A DNA stretch of 62,235 bases, filler included, from Squatina squatina (lineage: Eukaryota), in NCBI GenBank assembly GCA_031763465.1. It is 3 parts of 3 records of this genome, joined end to end, with 100 filler letters (N's around TTAATTAATTAA, not from the genome) between each part and the next. Parts side by side here need not be neighbours in the genome. Positions count along the whole stretch, not along the records: positions 48,098 to 62,235 come from JARFOE010000051.1; 2 more parts are not named here. One strand, 5' to 3'. A model generated the notes under the pieces. That model did no database searches, was not told where the DNA came from, and saw only the letters and a program-made list of their open reading frames with translations. Positions 51,951-62,235 of the stretch are shown in pieces. The position numbers and the translations under genes were made by a program. Each line of letters begins with the position of its first letter. Within the stretch, counting starts at the first letter, position 1.

Positions 51951-54022
51951 TTTATGTTCCCTGCAAGCTTACTCTCATACTCTATTTTTCCCCTCTTAAT
52001 CAATCCCTTTGTCCTCCTTTGCTGAATTTTAAACTACTCCCAATCCTCAGGTTTGCTGCTTTTTCTGGCAATTTTATATGTCTCCTCCTTGTATCGAATA
52101 CTATCCCTAATTTCTTTTGTAAGCCATGATTGAGCCACCTTTCCTGTTTTATTTTTGCGCCATACAGGAATGAACAATCGTTGTAATTCATGCATGCACT
52201 CTTTAAATATTAGCCATTGCCTATCCACCAGTAACCCTTTAAGTAATGGTCCCCAATCTATCATAGCCAACTTGCACCTCATACCTTCGTAGTTTTCTTT
52301 ATTTAGATTCAGGACCCTAGTTTCAGATTCAACTACCCCCCTCTCCATCTTAATCAAAATCCACATCATGATTTCCCAAGCCAATATCCTTCTTCACTAA
52401 TGCATTGATTTCCTCCTTTACTAACAACGCTACCTCATCTCCTTTCCCTTTTTGCCTGGCCTTCTTAAATATTGAATACCCCTGGATGTTCAGTTCCCAT
52501 CATTGGTCACCCTGCAGCCATGTCTCCGTAATCGCAACTATATCATAACCATTTACATCCATTTGCACGGTGAATTCATCTACCTTATTGCAAATGCTTT
52601 GTGCATTAAGACACATTGCTTTTAGGCTTGTCTTTTTAACATTCTTAGTCTTCTTAGCATTTTTTTGCATGATGGCCCTATTTGTTTCTCGTCCTTAATT
52701 TCTCTGCCTTCCACTTTTGCTTTTTTGCTTCCTGTCTTTTATTTCTATCCTTGTTTCCCCCTCCTCTGTCTCCCTGCTCAGGTTCCCATCCCCCTGCCAT
52801 TTTAGTTTAAACCCTCCCCGACAGCATTAGCAAACACTACCCCGAGGACATCGGTCCCAATCCTGCCCAGGTGCAACCCATCCAGCTTGTACTGGTCCCA
52901 CCTCCCCCAGAACCGGTTCCAATGTCCCAGGAATCTGAATGCCTTCCCCTTACACCACTTCTCTAGCCACGTATTCATCTGATATATCCTGCTATTTCTA
53001 CTCTGACTAGCACGTGGCACTGGTAGTAATCCTGAGATTACTACGTTTTAAGGTCCTCCTTTTTAATTAATGTCCTAACTCCCTATATTCAGCTTGTAGG
53101 ACCTCATCCTTTTTTACTTGTTTTTGGTATCGATATGTACCACAACAACTGGCTGTTCACCTTCCCCCTCCAGAATGCTCTACAGCTGCTCCGAGACATC
53201 CTTAACCCTAGCACCAGGGAGGCAACATACCATTCTGGAGTCTCATTCGTGGCCACAGAAACGCCTATCTGTTCCCCTTACGATTGAATCCCCTATCACT
53301 GTAGTTCTCCCACTCTTCTTCCTCCCCTCTTGTGCAGCAGAGCCAACCGTGGTACGACGAACTTGGCTTTTCCTGTTTCCCTCTGAGAAACCATCCCCCC
53401 CAACAGTATCCAAAGCGGTATAGCTGTTTTCCAGGGGAATGGCCACAGCGGACTCCTGCACTACCTGCCTCGTCCTTTTGTCCTGCCTGGAGGTCCTCCA
53501 TTCCCATTCTGGCTGTGGAGTCTTTGCCTGTGGTGTGACCACCTCTCTATATGTGCTATCCACGAGGATCTCAGCCTTGCGGATGCTCCACAGTGACTCC
53601 AGCTGCAGCTCCAGCTCCAAAACGCGAGCTTCCAGCAGCTGCAGCTGGAGACACTTTCTGCACACGTGTTTGCCCCGGATACTGGAAATGTCCCCGGTTT
53701 CCCACATTGTGCAGGAGGAGCATTCCATGTGGCTGAGCTGTCCTGCCATGACTTACCCTTTAAGTTAATCCTTTAGATTACCCTTAAAATCAAGGGGTAT
53801 TAATTACTCAAAGGCCCTAATTCACTAAACACTGCCCCACTACAAACTATAGAGTTTACAAGCTATAAACTTTGACTGCTAAGCTGTAGAATAGTATAAA
53901 TACTCACCTGACTGTACTTTCCCTATCAGCTGCCTCCTCTTGCCCCACGTCACTTTTTGAGTTGTGACGTAACCTCTGGAATGCCACCGCTGGTGTTGGT
54001 AAGAGTGTGCCACCTCGCTCTA

Positions 54023-54226
54023 ACCAGTTCCACTCCCCGCCGGGTCTGAAGGCCTCTCTGCCGCCTCGCACTCGCTTTATATTCTCCTGATCTGGCGCTC
54101 CGACCAGTTCCACTCCCCGCCGGGTCTGTAGGCCTCTCTGCCGCCTCGCACTCGCTTTATATTCTCCTCCCGCTCTGGCGCTCTGACCAGGTCCGCTCCC
54201 CGCCGGGCCTGAAGGCCTCTCTGCCT
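54023..54226 (-). repeat. ~80-bp tandem monomers (about 2.5 copies) at the CR1 5' end
   Basis: accagttccactccccgccgggtctg...ctcgctttatattctcc starts at 54023 and 54103, with a variant at 54186. Confidence 0.9.
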
Positions 54227-54227
54227 T

Positions 54228-54325
54228 ATGGAGATATGGGGATCCGATGAGAAAGTGGAGTTGAGGTCGAAGATCAGCCATGATCTTATTGAATGGCGGA
54301 TCAGGCTCGTGGGACAGTATGGTCT
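54228..54325 (+). mobile_element. HER1/HE1-type CR1 3' tail fragment
   Basis: aagtggagttgaggtcgaagatcagccatgatcttattgaatggcgga, the elasmobranch CR1/SINE tail. Confidence 0.75.
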
Positions 54326-55064
54326 ACTAGAAATTACAGCGCAGGAGGCCGCCTTCAGCCCCCGGTGCTGGCGTTCTCTCCTGGAACTCCCAGATCCTTT
54401 TAGATTCCTCCTTTTCAAATATTTATCCCCTTCCCTTTCATATTAAATGTTAATCTCTACCTCAATAGCCACATGTGGTTAAGGATCCCAGTCTAATAGT
54501 CCTCAGTTTAAGAACTTTCCTTCTCCATTTACCCCTGGGTTCTTGCATATTACTGGCTGTTCCTCTCTCGGTACTGCTCCCAGTCCATGTTGTTACTGCT
54601 GCTCGTAGTTCTTCAGAGAATGATTCTGGCTAGCACCACCCCTCCTCACCCCCCCACCGCTTGAGCCCCAATCTCCCGACTCTTAGTCTCCTTTGCTTTC
54701 CCCAGTCTTGTTTCTTCTTTGTTCCCCAAGCCCGCATTCCCCAGCCTCCATCTCTCCCCGAGCTCCCATTTCTCCCGACGCCCCATTCCCATCTCTCCTC
54801 ATGAGCTCCCATTCCCTCGTCTTCATCTCTTCCCCTGAAATGGGGTCACCCCAGAAATCAGGGGGTGGGAGGATCTCAGCATCCTCCCCCACCTCGAATC
54901 CTGAGATCCTCCCATCCTGCACCACCCACCCCCCCCTCCCGATTTTCTGGGANNNNNNNNNNCCCCCCACCCCCGGCCCCACCGAGTTCAAAAGCCCCAT
55001 CCCAAGTTCAGAGCCCCCGATTTCAGACTCCCCCTCCCCCACCCCTTCACAGATTTCAGAGAGT

Positions 55065-56532
55065 GGGCAGTAAGGTGGCAGATGGAGTAAAATATAGGGA
55101 AATGTGAAGTTGTTCACTTCAGTGGGAAGAATAGAAAAACAGAATTTTTTTTAAATGTTGAGAAACTTTTAAATGTTGGTATTCAGAGAGATTTGGGACT
55201 CCTCGTGCAAGAAACACAGAAAGCTAGCATGCAGCTACAGCAAGCAATGAGGAAGGCAAATGGCATGTTGTCCTTCATTTCTAGGGCATTGGAGTATAAG
55301 AGTAATGAAATTTTGCTATAATTGGACAGGGCCTTGTGAGACGACACCTGGAGTACTGTGCACAGTTTTGCTCTAAGGAAGGATATACTTGCCTTGGAAG
55401 ACTTGCCTTGGAGGTGGTACAACAAAGGTTGACTGGATTGATTACTGGGATGAGAGGGCTGTTATATGATAAGAGATTGTGTGGATTTGGTCTAAACTCT
55501 GGAGTTTAGAAGAATGAAAAGTGATCTCATTGAAACAGACAAGATTCTGAAGGGGATTGACAGAGTAGATGCTGAGAGGTTGTTTCTCCTGGCTGGAGCG
55601 TCTAGAACTAGGGGACATAGTCTTAGGATAAGAGTACGGTAGGCCATTTAAGACAGAGATGAGGAGGAATTTTTTTCACTCAGAGGGTTGTGAATGTTTG
55701 AAATTCTCTGGCCAGATGCTGAGGGGCCAAAATTGATTTGCGCCGCATTTTGGCACTTATGGGGCAGGAGCTGGAATTTCTCGCGATGGCTCCTGCCCTG
55801 CCCGTCGCAGAATTCGTTGCTTCAGGGCGTGAGTGAGCCGCAGCACGCTCCCAGGTGGAACTGGGGCTGCTGGCCTTGGACATCTCTGGCGTGTCTTCAG
55901 CGCCACGCCAGCGACGTCAGCAGCACTGTCAGGCCTCCTTTTAAAGGGAAGGGCCAGCAGCCATCCTGACAGCACCCCGTGGCCCGACACTGGGCCACCA
56001 GGGACACCGGCAACCAGCCTGGCACGCCAAGGGGATGGTGGCCCAATCTGGCCATGGGCTGCCATTTGTATGACATGAGAGTCGGCCAATAAATAAGGAT
56101 GGCGGCCGCAGGCACACAGGCCTTTAAGAGGGTCATTGCAGCGACAGGTTTCACTGTCGTTGCAACCGCCCAGCGCTACGGCCACCTCCCGTGGATAAAT
56201 TCCGCCCATGGGCCACTAAGGGGCTTGTGGCTGCGCGGTGTGGATAGGCGCCCTGATGACATCACGCGGGAGGCGGCCAACCCACAGCGGAATTCAGCTG
56301 GCCAGGAGCAAAGGCGCTAATGGAATGTAATAGGAGATGACTTTCCAGCCCTGAGTCTGATTATACTCAAGGCTGCGACAGATAGATTTTTGGACTCCGG
56401 GGGAAATCGAAGGATATGGAGATCGGGCGGGAAAGTGGAGTTGAGGTCGATGATCAGCCATAGTTTTATTTCACAGTGGAGCAGGCTCAAGGGGCCGAAT
56501 GGCCTATTCCTGCTCCTATTTCTTATGTTTTT
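55065..56532 (+). mobile_element. CR1 LINE 3' portion split by a DNA transposon insertion
   Basis: RT C-terminal remnants at 55065-55722 continue after 56352 into the tail gatcagccat...ggccgaatggcctattcctgctcctatttcttatg. Confidence 0.88.
55723..56351. mobile_element. Non-autonomous PIF/Harbinger-like element with TGA target-site duplication
   Basis: Junctions gatgc-TGA|ggggccaaaatt ... ctttccagccc|TGA-gtc; removal restores the CR1 sequence gatgctgagtc. A related terminal part lies at ~34990-35180. Confidence 0.8.
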
Positions 56533-57234
56533 AGATCCCCTTAATACAGACACCCTCTTGAATGCTAAGATTCCCATGGAATGCCGGGATGCCCCCGAAT
56601 GCTGAGATTCCAACCCCCACCACTGATTTCTGGGACCACCTAATTTCAGACCCTCTCCTGAACGTGGACTCCCACAATTGCTGACTCTCCAGCTCATGCC
56701 CAACTCTCTGCGCCGTGGTCGGTGACATCACGGGGGGTGGGCGGCAGGAAATTAAATGCAATGATCGCCACGTGAATAATTTTCATTAAAAATCCAATGA
56801 TGTCTCGGACTCCTGGTGTCAGTGTCCTGAAGACCCATGTTCTATTTTGCGAGATTACCGGTTATTCTGAGAGGGTTGGGATCCAGATGCCCGTTGCAGT
56901 TCCTGGCTTTTGTGGAATTAGGTGTTCTTTACCCAGCACCCATACTGGCAGAAAAAATGCTCTATCCCTGCAAGCACTCAATCCTAGGGATGGAGCAGTT
57001 TCTCTCACTCGCTGGGTAAAGAGATCCCCATTCCACAAAAGCCATTTTTGCACCTGTTGTCGCCTCGCACTTACCTGTGTGTCCCCCATTTTAAGTTGTA
57101 AACGGACTTGATAGTTTGTAATTTGTGAGTGTCCATGGTTTCAAGGTGCAATGTAAGTTATTTGGGTCTGTCAATAAATGTCCGTTTTAGCAGGTGTCCA
57201 TTTTTTGGGGTTGTCCATTTGCACGGCTTTGTAG

Positions 57235-57555
57235 TGGGTACACCACAGATTCACCAGAATGATTCAGGGACTTAAACGGTTAAATTATGAAGACAGTTTG
57301 CACAAACTTCTTTTGTTTTGTTGTACAACATTGTTGCACAAGCTTGAGTTCAGATGGTTGAGGGGTCATTGAATTGAGGTGTTTAACTGATAGGATATCT
57401 TGAATGATTCAGCAGATCGAGATTAACTATTTCCTTGGGTTGGGCAATCCAGACCAAGGGGGCACAATATTATGAGAGCTAGACCATTCAGGAGTGAAAT
57501 CAGGTAGCACTTTTTCACACACAGGGTTGTGGAAATCTAGAATTTTCTCCCTTTG
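57235..57555 (+). mobile_element. Old CR1 3' fragment
   Basis: agattcaccagaatgatt...accaagggggcaca...tttttcacacacagggttgtggaaatc. Confidence 0.7.
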
Positions 57556-57734
57556 CTGAAATGCTGCATCAAAGTTTTAAAATATGTAGAAGTTATAACA
57601 TGGAAGTAGGCCATTCGGCCCAACCAGTCCATGTCAGTGTTTTCCCTCCACATGAGCAAATAGTCCACATTTACCCCTCCTTCAACTCCGTTTACTACAC
57701 CCACCTATCCAATCTAATCTTGAATGCTAACATA

Positions 57735-58466
57735 GGCCCTGAAATTGCGATCTCCCTGGGTGGGAACAATATTCCCACGCACCCAGGGAGACATCGCAAA
57801 AGCCGATTATGGGCTGTTAATTGTAAGCCTGCATAACCATAATGTACGATCTGTCAAGAATCTTCCTGACAGCTCCAGCACTTAGGCTGCGGAGCTCATC
57901 CCCAGCGCTGAGCTTCATGAGATTTTTGCAAAATTTTCGCTGGGGATCTCTTCAATTTTTTTACGTTTGGTAACACCTAGCGTATCTGGTTGGTTTCACC
58001 TGTGTAAGAAATGTTAAAAAATTTTAAATCAAAAAAAATTAATGGGACATTACTTTAAAACCAGTCGCAGTAAGGTAAGTATGTTTTTTAAATATTTTAA
58101 AAGTTTTTTTAATTTGAAAAGAGAATGTTTCCTTATTTATCTCCTTTTTATTAAATTTTAATGTTAGAATAGTTTTTAAAATGTGTTTGCATTGTTTTTC
58201 ATCCTTTATTGACGTTTTGACAGATCTTGACAGATCGCTGAGAGCTGTCAGAACTTCAATGAAAGATACACTTACCTGATTGGCTGGGGCCTCCCAAGTG
58301 ACCTTTCCAGCCTCTTCGCTCGACTTGCCCAGGAAACTAGAGAGCCCCGCTCTGAATCTCCAACTCGGGGGGGCTGAATATCGCACAGTCGCGTGGATCC
58401 AGGACCCTTAGCTAAGTAATCGGAGGCACCCGCACACAGGAAGCCTCCGATCGCAATTTCAGGGCC
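57735..58466. mobile_element. Harbinger-like MITE, family copy 3
   Basis: Perfect 18-bp TIR ggccctgaaattgcgatc / gatcgcaatttcagggcc. It is inserted in a reversed CR1 fragment (~57590-58700). Confidence 0.88.
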
Positions 58467-59328
58467 AGTGCTTCTGCCTCAGCCATTAACCCTGAAAGTG
58501 AATTCCACAGCCTCACAACTCTGTGAAGATGTTTCTCTTGTTCTCTCTTTGAAACCTCTGACATTTAATCTTGTATCTATGGCCCCTTGTTCTTCACCCC
58601 TCAACCACTGGGCACAGTCTGCTTCTATCTACCCTGTCCCATCCTTTCAGAATTTTAAACACTTCTATCTTGTCACCCTGTAATCTGTAAGGTTGTAATG
58701 AAAAGCTCAACCAGCAATGACTTTCTGAATGTAGCGACTAGAACACTGACTTGTCTGAATCCTAGCACTTGATTTTTTCCGGGGCTAAGTGTTATCTGAC
58801 CTGCGACCTGTGAGTACGTACAGGGAAAAGGTCATGGTCAGTGTGATGTCACCAGTGGCTCACTAACACACTGTTGCAGATGCCAACCCACGATTTTTGG
58901 CTTGTTACCTTCAATGGCCGCTACACCATGAGCACAAATGGAAAACCCAGTCCTATTTCAATAGCAACTCCCTCCCCTCTGAGGTGCAACGATGCATGTG
59001 CTATAATATCTTTGACAGTAAAAACATGAGCCATACTAATTGGGGGCGCTAAACAGGCACAGCAAGATAGCAACCAATGTTCTGATGCACTGCAACTCAG
59101 GAAGTGGTCACTGATAGGTACTAAACCAAACCCAGGACTATCTCTCATGCCGCAATTTACTTTCCCTCAAAAACCAACAAGCAACAATAAGTATGGAAAA
59201 ATAACTTATCCAATAAGATAGGGCTTTTACAAACATCCCTGAGAGTCATTGCACTCAGTTGATTGTATATCAAACTCTTGTTTCTGGGAGATGTGATCAG
59301 GCACTACAAAAAATGAGTTTCTTTCTTT

Positions 59329-59334
59329 TTTATT
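59329..59334 (-). promoter_or_regulatory. Candidate polyadenylation signal for AKR1D1
   Basis: AATAAA on the - strand about 135 nt downstream of the stop codon. Confidence 0.35.
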
Positions 59335-59466
59335 TCCAATCATTTGGCTCAGAAAAAGTGTTTGCTAGTATGTACTGCCAGCCTCGATTCAGTTCCGTTC
59401 TCCCCCATTCAGGAATCCTGCACATCACTCGTCCATTGTTGCATCTCTCGCAACAGACTCTGGAGT

Positions 59467-59509
59467 TCAGTATTCATCGTTGAAGGGATATTCTGGGTGA
59501 TCGCTCCAC
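59467..59509 (-). CDS. AKR1D1: AKR1D1 (steroid 5-beta-reductase) final coding exon
   Basis: Acceptor ttgttgctgtag|G TGG AGC GAT CAC CCA GAA TAT CCC TTC AAC GAT GAA TAC TGA reads (M)WSDHPEYPFNDEY*, against human WRDHPEYPFHDEY. Confidence 0.9.
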
Positions 59510-59995
59510 CTACAGCAACAAAACAAGGAGTGATGGGTTAGGGTGAGGCAACAAAATACATGTGTGGCCAGGCTAGACTCAACCAATGGCACAGTTGGCA
59601 GATTGCGTGACTGAGCCACGGAGACCATAAGGTCCTGATTTTAATTTCTGGCTTGTGCTGAGTTAGTTGATCTCAGCTGGATGACAATAAAAATGGTAAA
59701 GTTGGCCTCCGTGCCAATGGAGCAGGTAGAAGGAAAATCAATTTGTTCCTGATGATTATCCAGTGACTGCTAATGGAAAGTGTTGTTGTAGGGTGAGTCA
59801 AGGACGGGGATTGGAGATCAGCCTGGTCTGTATCGACCAGTACCACACCAAGTGGTGCATCTACCAACTGAGTCATCAGGGTTCATTGGGGTTGAAGAAT
59901 AATAGTTATTTTGCCTTAAACAGTTGGAGGCTGCGTTAGATGTGAAAGGTAAAGTTCCTGACACTGTTTCCTGGTTTAACAGATGGGAAGCTTAC

Positions 59996-60078
59996 ATTAA
60001 AAGTTCCACATATCGCTCATTTCTGTTGAGAGCACTGATCTTTTTCATTTCTTCATCCGTCAAAGAAAAGTCAAAAAT
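59996..60078 (-). CDS. AKR1D1: AKR1D1 penultimate exon (83 nt)
   Basis: ttcttag|IFDFSLTDEEMKKISALNRNERYVELL(M)|gtaagc, against human [28 protein letters not shown]. Phase 2 matches the last exon. The ORF track does not show this exon. Confidence 0.9.
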
Positions 60079-60271
60079 CTAAGAAATGAGAGAAAAATCA
60101 GAGACAGTGAGGGGAACAAGAAAGAAATTCAACTTTATATTGGTTAAACGTTACTGAAACTGATGCTACCTCTCAAATTATTCATCACCTTGAATAGTTT
60201 TCACTGTAGCCCCATTGTGAATCTCACTCCCAATCCAATTGAAGGTGGAAAGGTGACCTGATAGGTCTTTA

Positions 60272-60909
60272 AGATAAGAACATAAGGACTAGGAGCAGGA
60301 GTAGGCCATTTGGCTCCTCGAACCTGCTCCACCATTGAATGAGATTATGGCTGATCTGATTTTGGCCTCAACTCCACTTTCCTGCCTGTTCCCCATAACC
60401 GTCGACTCCCCCGTTCAGCCTTGAATATATTCAATGAATCAGCTTCCATAACTCTCTGGGATAAAGAATTCCAAAGGTTCATGACCCTATGAGAGAAGAA
60501 ATTTCTTCTCATCTCCGTCTTAAATGGGTGACCCTTTATTCTGAGACGATGCAACCTTGTTCTAGATTCCCCCACGAGGGGAAACATCCTCTCAGAATCT
60601 ACCCTGTCCAACCACCTCAGAATCTTATATGTTTCAATAAGACCACCTCTCATTCTTCGAAACTCCAATGAGTATTGGCCCAACCTGCTCCACCTTTCCT
60701 CATAAGACAACCCTTCCATCTCTGGAATCAACCTAGTGAATCTTCTCTGCACTGCCTCCAATGGAAGTATATCCTTCCTTAAATAAGAAGACCAAAACTG
60801 TACGCAGTACTCTAGGTGTGGTCTCACCAGCACCCTGTACAGTTGTAGTAAGACTTCCCTACTTTTATACTCCATCCCCCTTGAAATAAAGGCCAACATT
60901 CCATTTGCC
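60272..60909 (-). mobile_element. Relatively young CR1 (HER1-like) 3' end in an AKR1D1 intron
   Basis: Open frame ANGMLAFISRG...LVRPHLEYCVQFWS...MRRNFFSHRVMNLWNSL, followed by a HE1/HER1-like tail. Confidence 0.93.
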
Positions 60910-61289
60910 NNNNNNNNNNNNNNNNNNNNNNNNNNNNNNNNNNNNNNNNNNNNNNNNNNNNNNNNNNNNNNNNNNNNNNNNNNNNNNNNNNNNNNNNNNN
61001 NNNNNNNNNTCAGGTGTAGCATTAACTTCATGGGATTTATTTTGGTCAACAAATGGGCGCAGTGCTGGTAAGCCACGCCTGTTTGAAAGTTTGGATTTAG
61101 CACGCAATCTTGGTCCTAATTGCTGAATATATTTTGAACTTGCCTGCAGGTCCTAAACCAGGAACCTGCAGGCTTAGCACTCAAGTGCTGATTAGACACA
61201 ATTTTTGTGGAGCCGTATATTTTGGCTCTTCGCTCCCACTTCCAATGAAGGTGTACAGTGCTCTGGCTGGCACACCGCAGCACACTGCA

Positions 61290-61860
61290 AGGTGGCTCGG
61301 GGACCGAGTGAGAGGGCGCACAAGTTCTTGGACATGGCACTGGAGGTCCTGGTGGAGAAGGTCCAGAGGAGGACGGGTGTCCTGTACCCGCAGGGAGGGA
61401 AGGACACCACCTCGCCCTCCTTTCCTTTTCTCCTGCAGCAACTGGTGCTGCTCTGCCTGGCCTCATGTCCTCTCATTGCTCCTGCAGACCAAGGGGGACT
61501 CCCTTTCTCCTGGTGACACGTATAACGTGNNNNNNNNNNNNNNNNNNNNNNNNNNNNNNNNNNNNNNNNNNNNNNNNNNNNNNNNNNNNNNNNNNNNNNN
61601 NNNNNNNNNNNNNNNNNNNNNNNNNNNNNCATGTCTGGATGGCTCAGGGACCGAGGGACAGGACGCACAGGTTCTCAGACAAGGCACTGGAGGTCCTGGT
61701 GGAGGAGGTCCTGAGGAGGAGGGATGTCCTGTGCCCACAGGGAGGGAGGGGAGGAGTCCACCTCACCCTCCTGTCTCTCTCTCCTGCAGCAGCTGGTGCT
61801 ACTCTGCCTGGCCTCATGTCCTTCTCTCATTCCTCCTGTAGACCAGGGGAACTCCTAGCA
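61290..61860 (+). mobile_element. Duplicated remnant of a Harbinger Myb/SANT-like gene 5' region
   Basis: Two similar copies encode ERAHKFLDMALEVLVEKVQRRTGVLYPQGG and DRTHRFSDKALEVLVEEVLRRRDVLCPQGG, resembling the N-terminus of Harbinger Myb-like/NAIF1-type proteins. Confidence 0.6.
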
Positions 61861-62235
61861 AGATGCCCATGATCAAGCATTCTCTTTCTCTTGGTGACTC
61901 CTATAAGGTGTCCAGTAAGGTAGAGTAGCACAGTAATTACTCTTTTTAGGTGAAGTCCTCAGAGAATTTCCGGTATAAATGTTTATAGTGTTGGTGAAGT
62001 CTTGACAAACTGTCCCAGAAAGTCTCCTGATGACTTTCAAAAGTCCTCTTCAAGCTTTCAGCAGTAAGTGAACAGTAAAAGGTGATATATCTTTAAATAG
62101 CGTTTGAAATCCTCTCCAACGATTAGTATATTCCCAAGCAGCTGGCTGCTGTTAGGAGAGGGCATTAGGTCAAGCGCTATCCACCAAAATACTACGCAGC
62201 CTCCTTAATGAGCTCTAGCAGGCAATTTAAGTGGC

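Larger units (their letters stand above)
51030..54226 (-). mobile_element. 5'-complete decayed CR1 LINE (5'UTR, ORF1, start of ORF2), interrupted by a MITE
   Basis: ORF1 (53749 to ~52802) has CxxC...CxxC, a leucine-rich coiled coil, and the VIGDSIVRG and DGLHL motifs of an SGNH esterase. ORF2 remnants DIVAITETW, LNLNKENYEGMR and FYKYVKRKR...MAEQLNTYFGSVFTKE follow. Stops and an internal deletion are present. Confidence 0.92.

Noticed and set aside
50754-54226. Tandem repeats (50754-50929, 54023-54226, also 1-185) as CRISPR arrays
   Set aside because: There are no unique spacers and no cas genes, and the context is vertebrate. They are minisatellites.
54630-55073. Pro/Ser-rich 126-aa and Gly-rich ORFs
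   Set aside because: C-rich low-complexity sequence between repeats, with no splice sites or homology.
55680-56320. GC-rich ORFs (also at 12474-12897 and 38691-39459) as genes or CpG-island promoters
   Set aside because: They lie inside TIR-bounded or Harbinger-like non-autonomous transposons.

Overview
Eukaryotic, vertebrate DNA, almost certainly from a cartilaginous fish (shark/ray): it carries HER1/HE1-type CR1 3' tails, Harbinger-like MITEs and GT-AG introns. Two artificial spacers (44 N + TTAATTAATTAA + 44 N, at 19959-20058 and 47998-48097) split the window into three probably unlinked blocks. Block 1 (1-19958) holds the first coding exon of SIM2 (- strand) and repeats. Block 2 (20059-47997) holds the whole coding span of JCAD/KIAA1462 (3 coding exons, - strand, with four internal N gaps) and the last exon of MTPAP (- strand), the same neighbours as on human 10p11. 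Block 3 (48098-62235) holds a WDR62/MAPKBP1-family exon (+ strand) that runs into a 44/45-bp minisatellite, the last two exons of AKR1D1 (- strand), a 5'-complete decayed CR1 with an esterase ORF1 and 80-bp 5'UTR monomers, and several PIF/Harbinger-like elements. I found no prokaryotic features, CRISPR, rRNA or tRNA, and no demonstrably new biological system. The best leads are the mosaic WDR62/MAPKBP1-like gene next to AKR1D1 with its coding minisatellite, the monomeric CR1 promoter, and a structured Harbinger-like MITE family. Gene calls rest on remembered protein motifs, not database searches; repeat boundaries are approximate.
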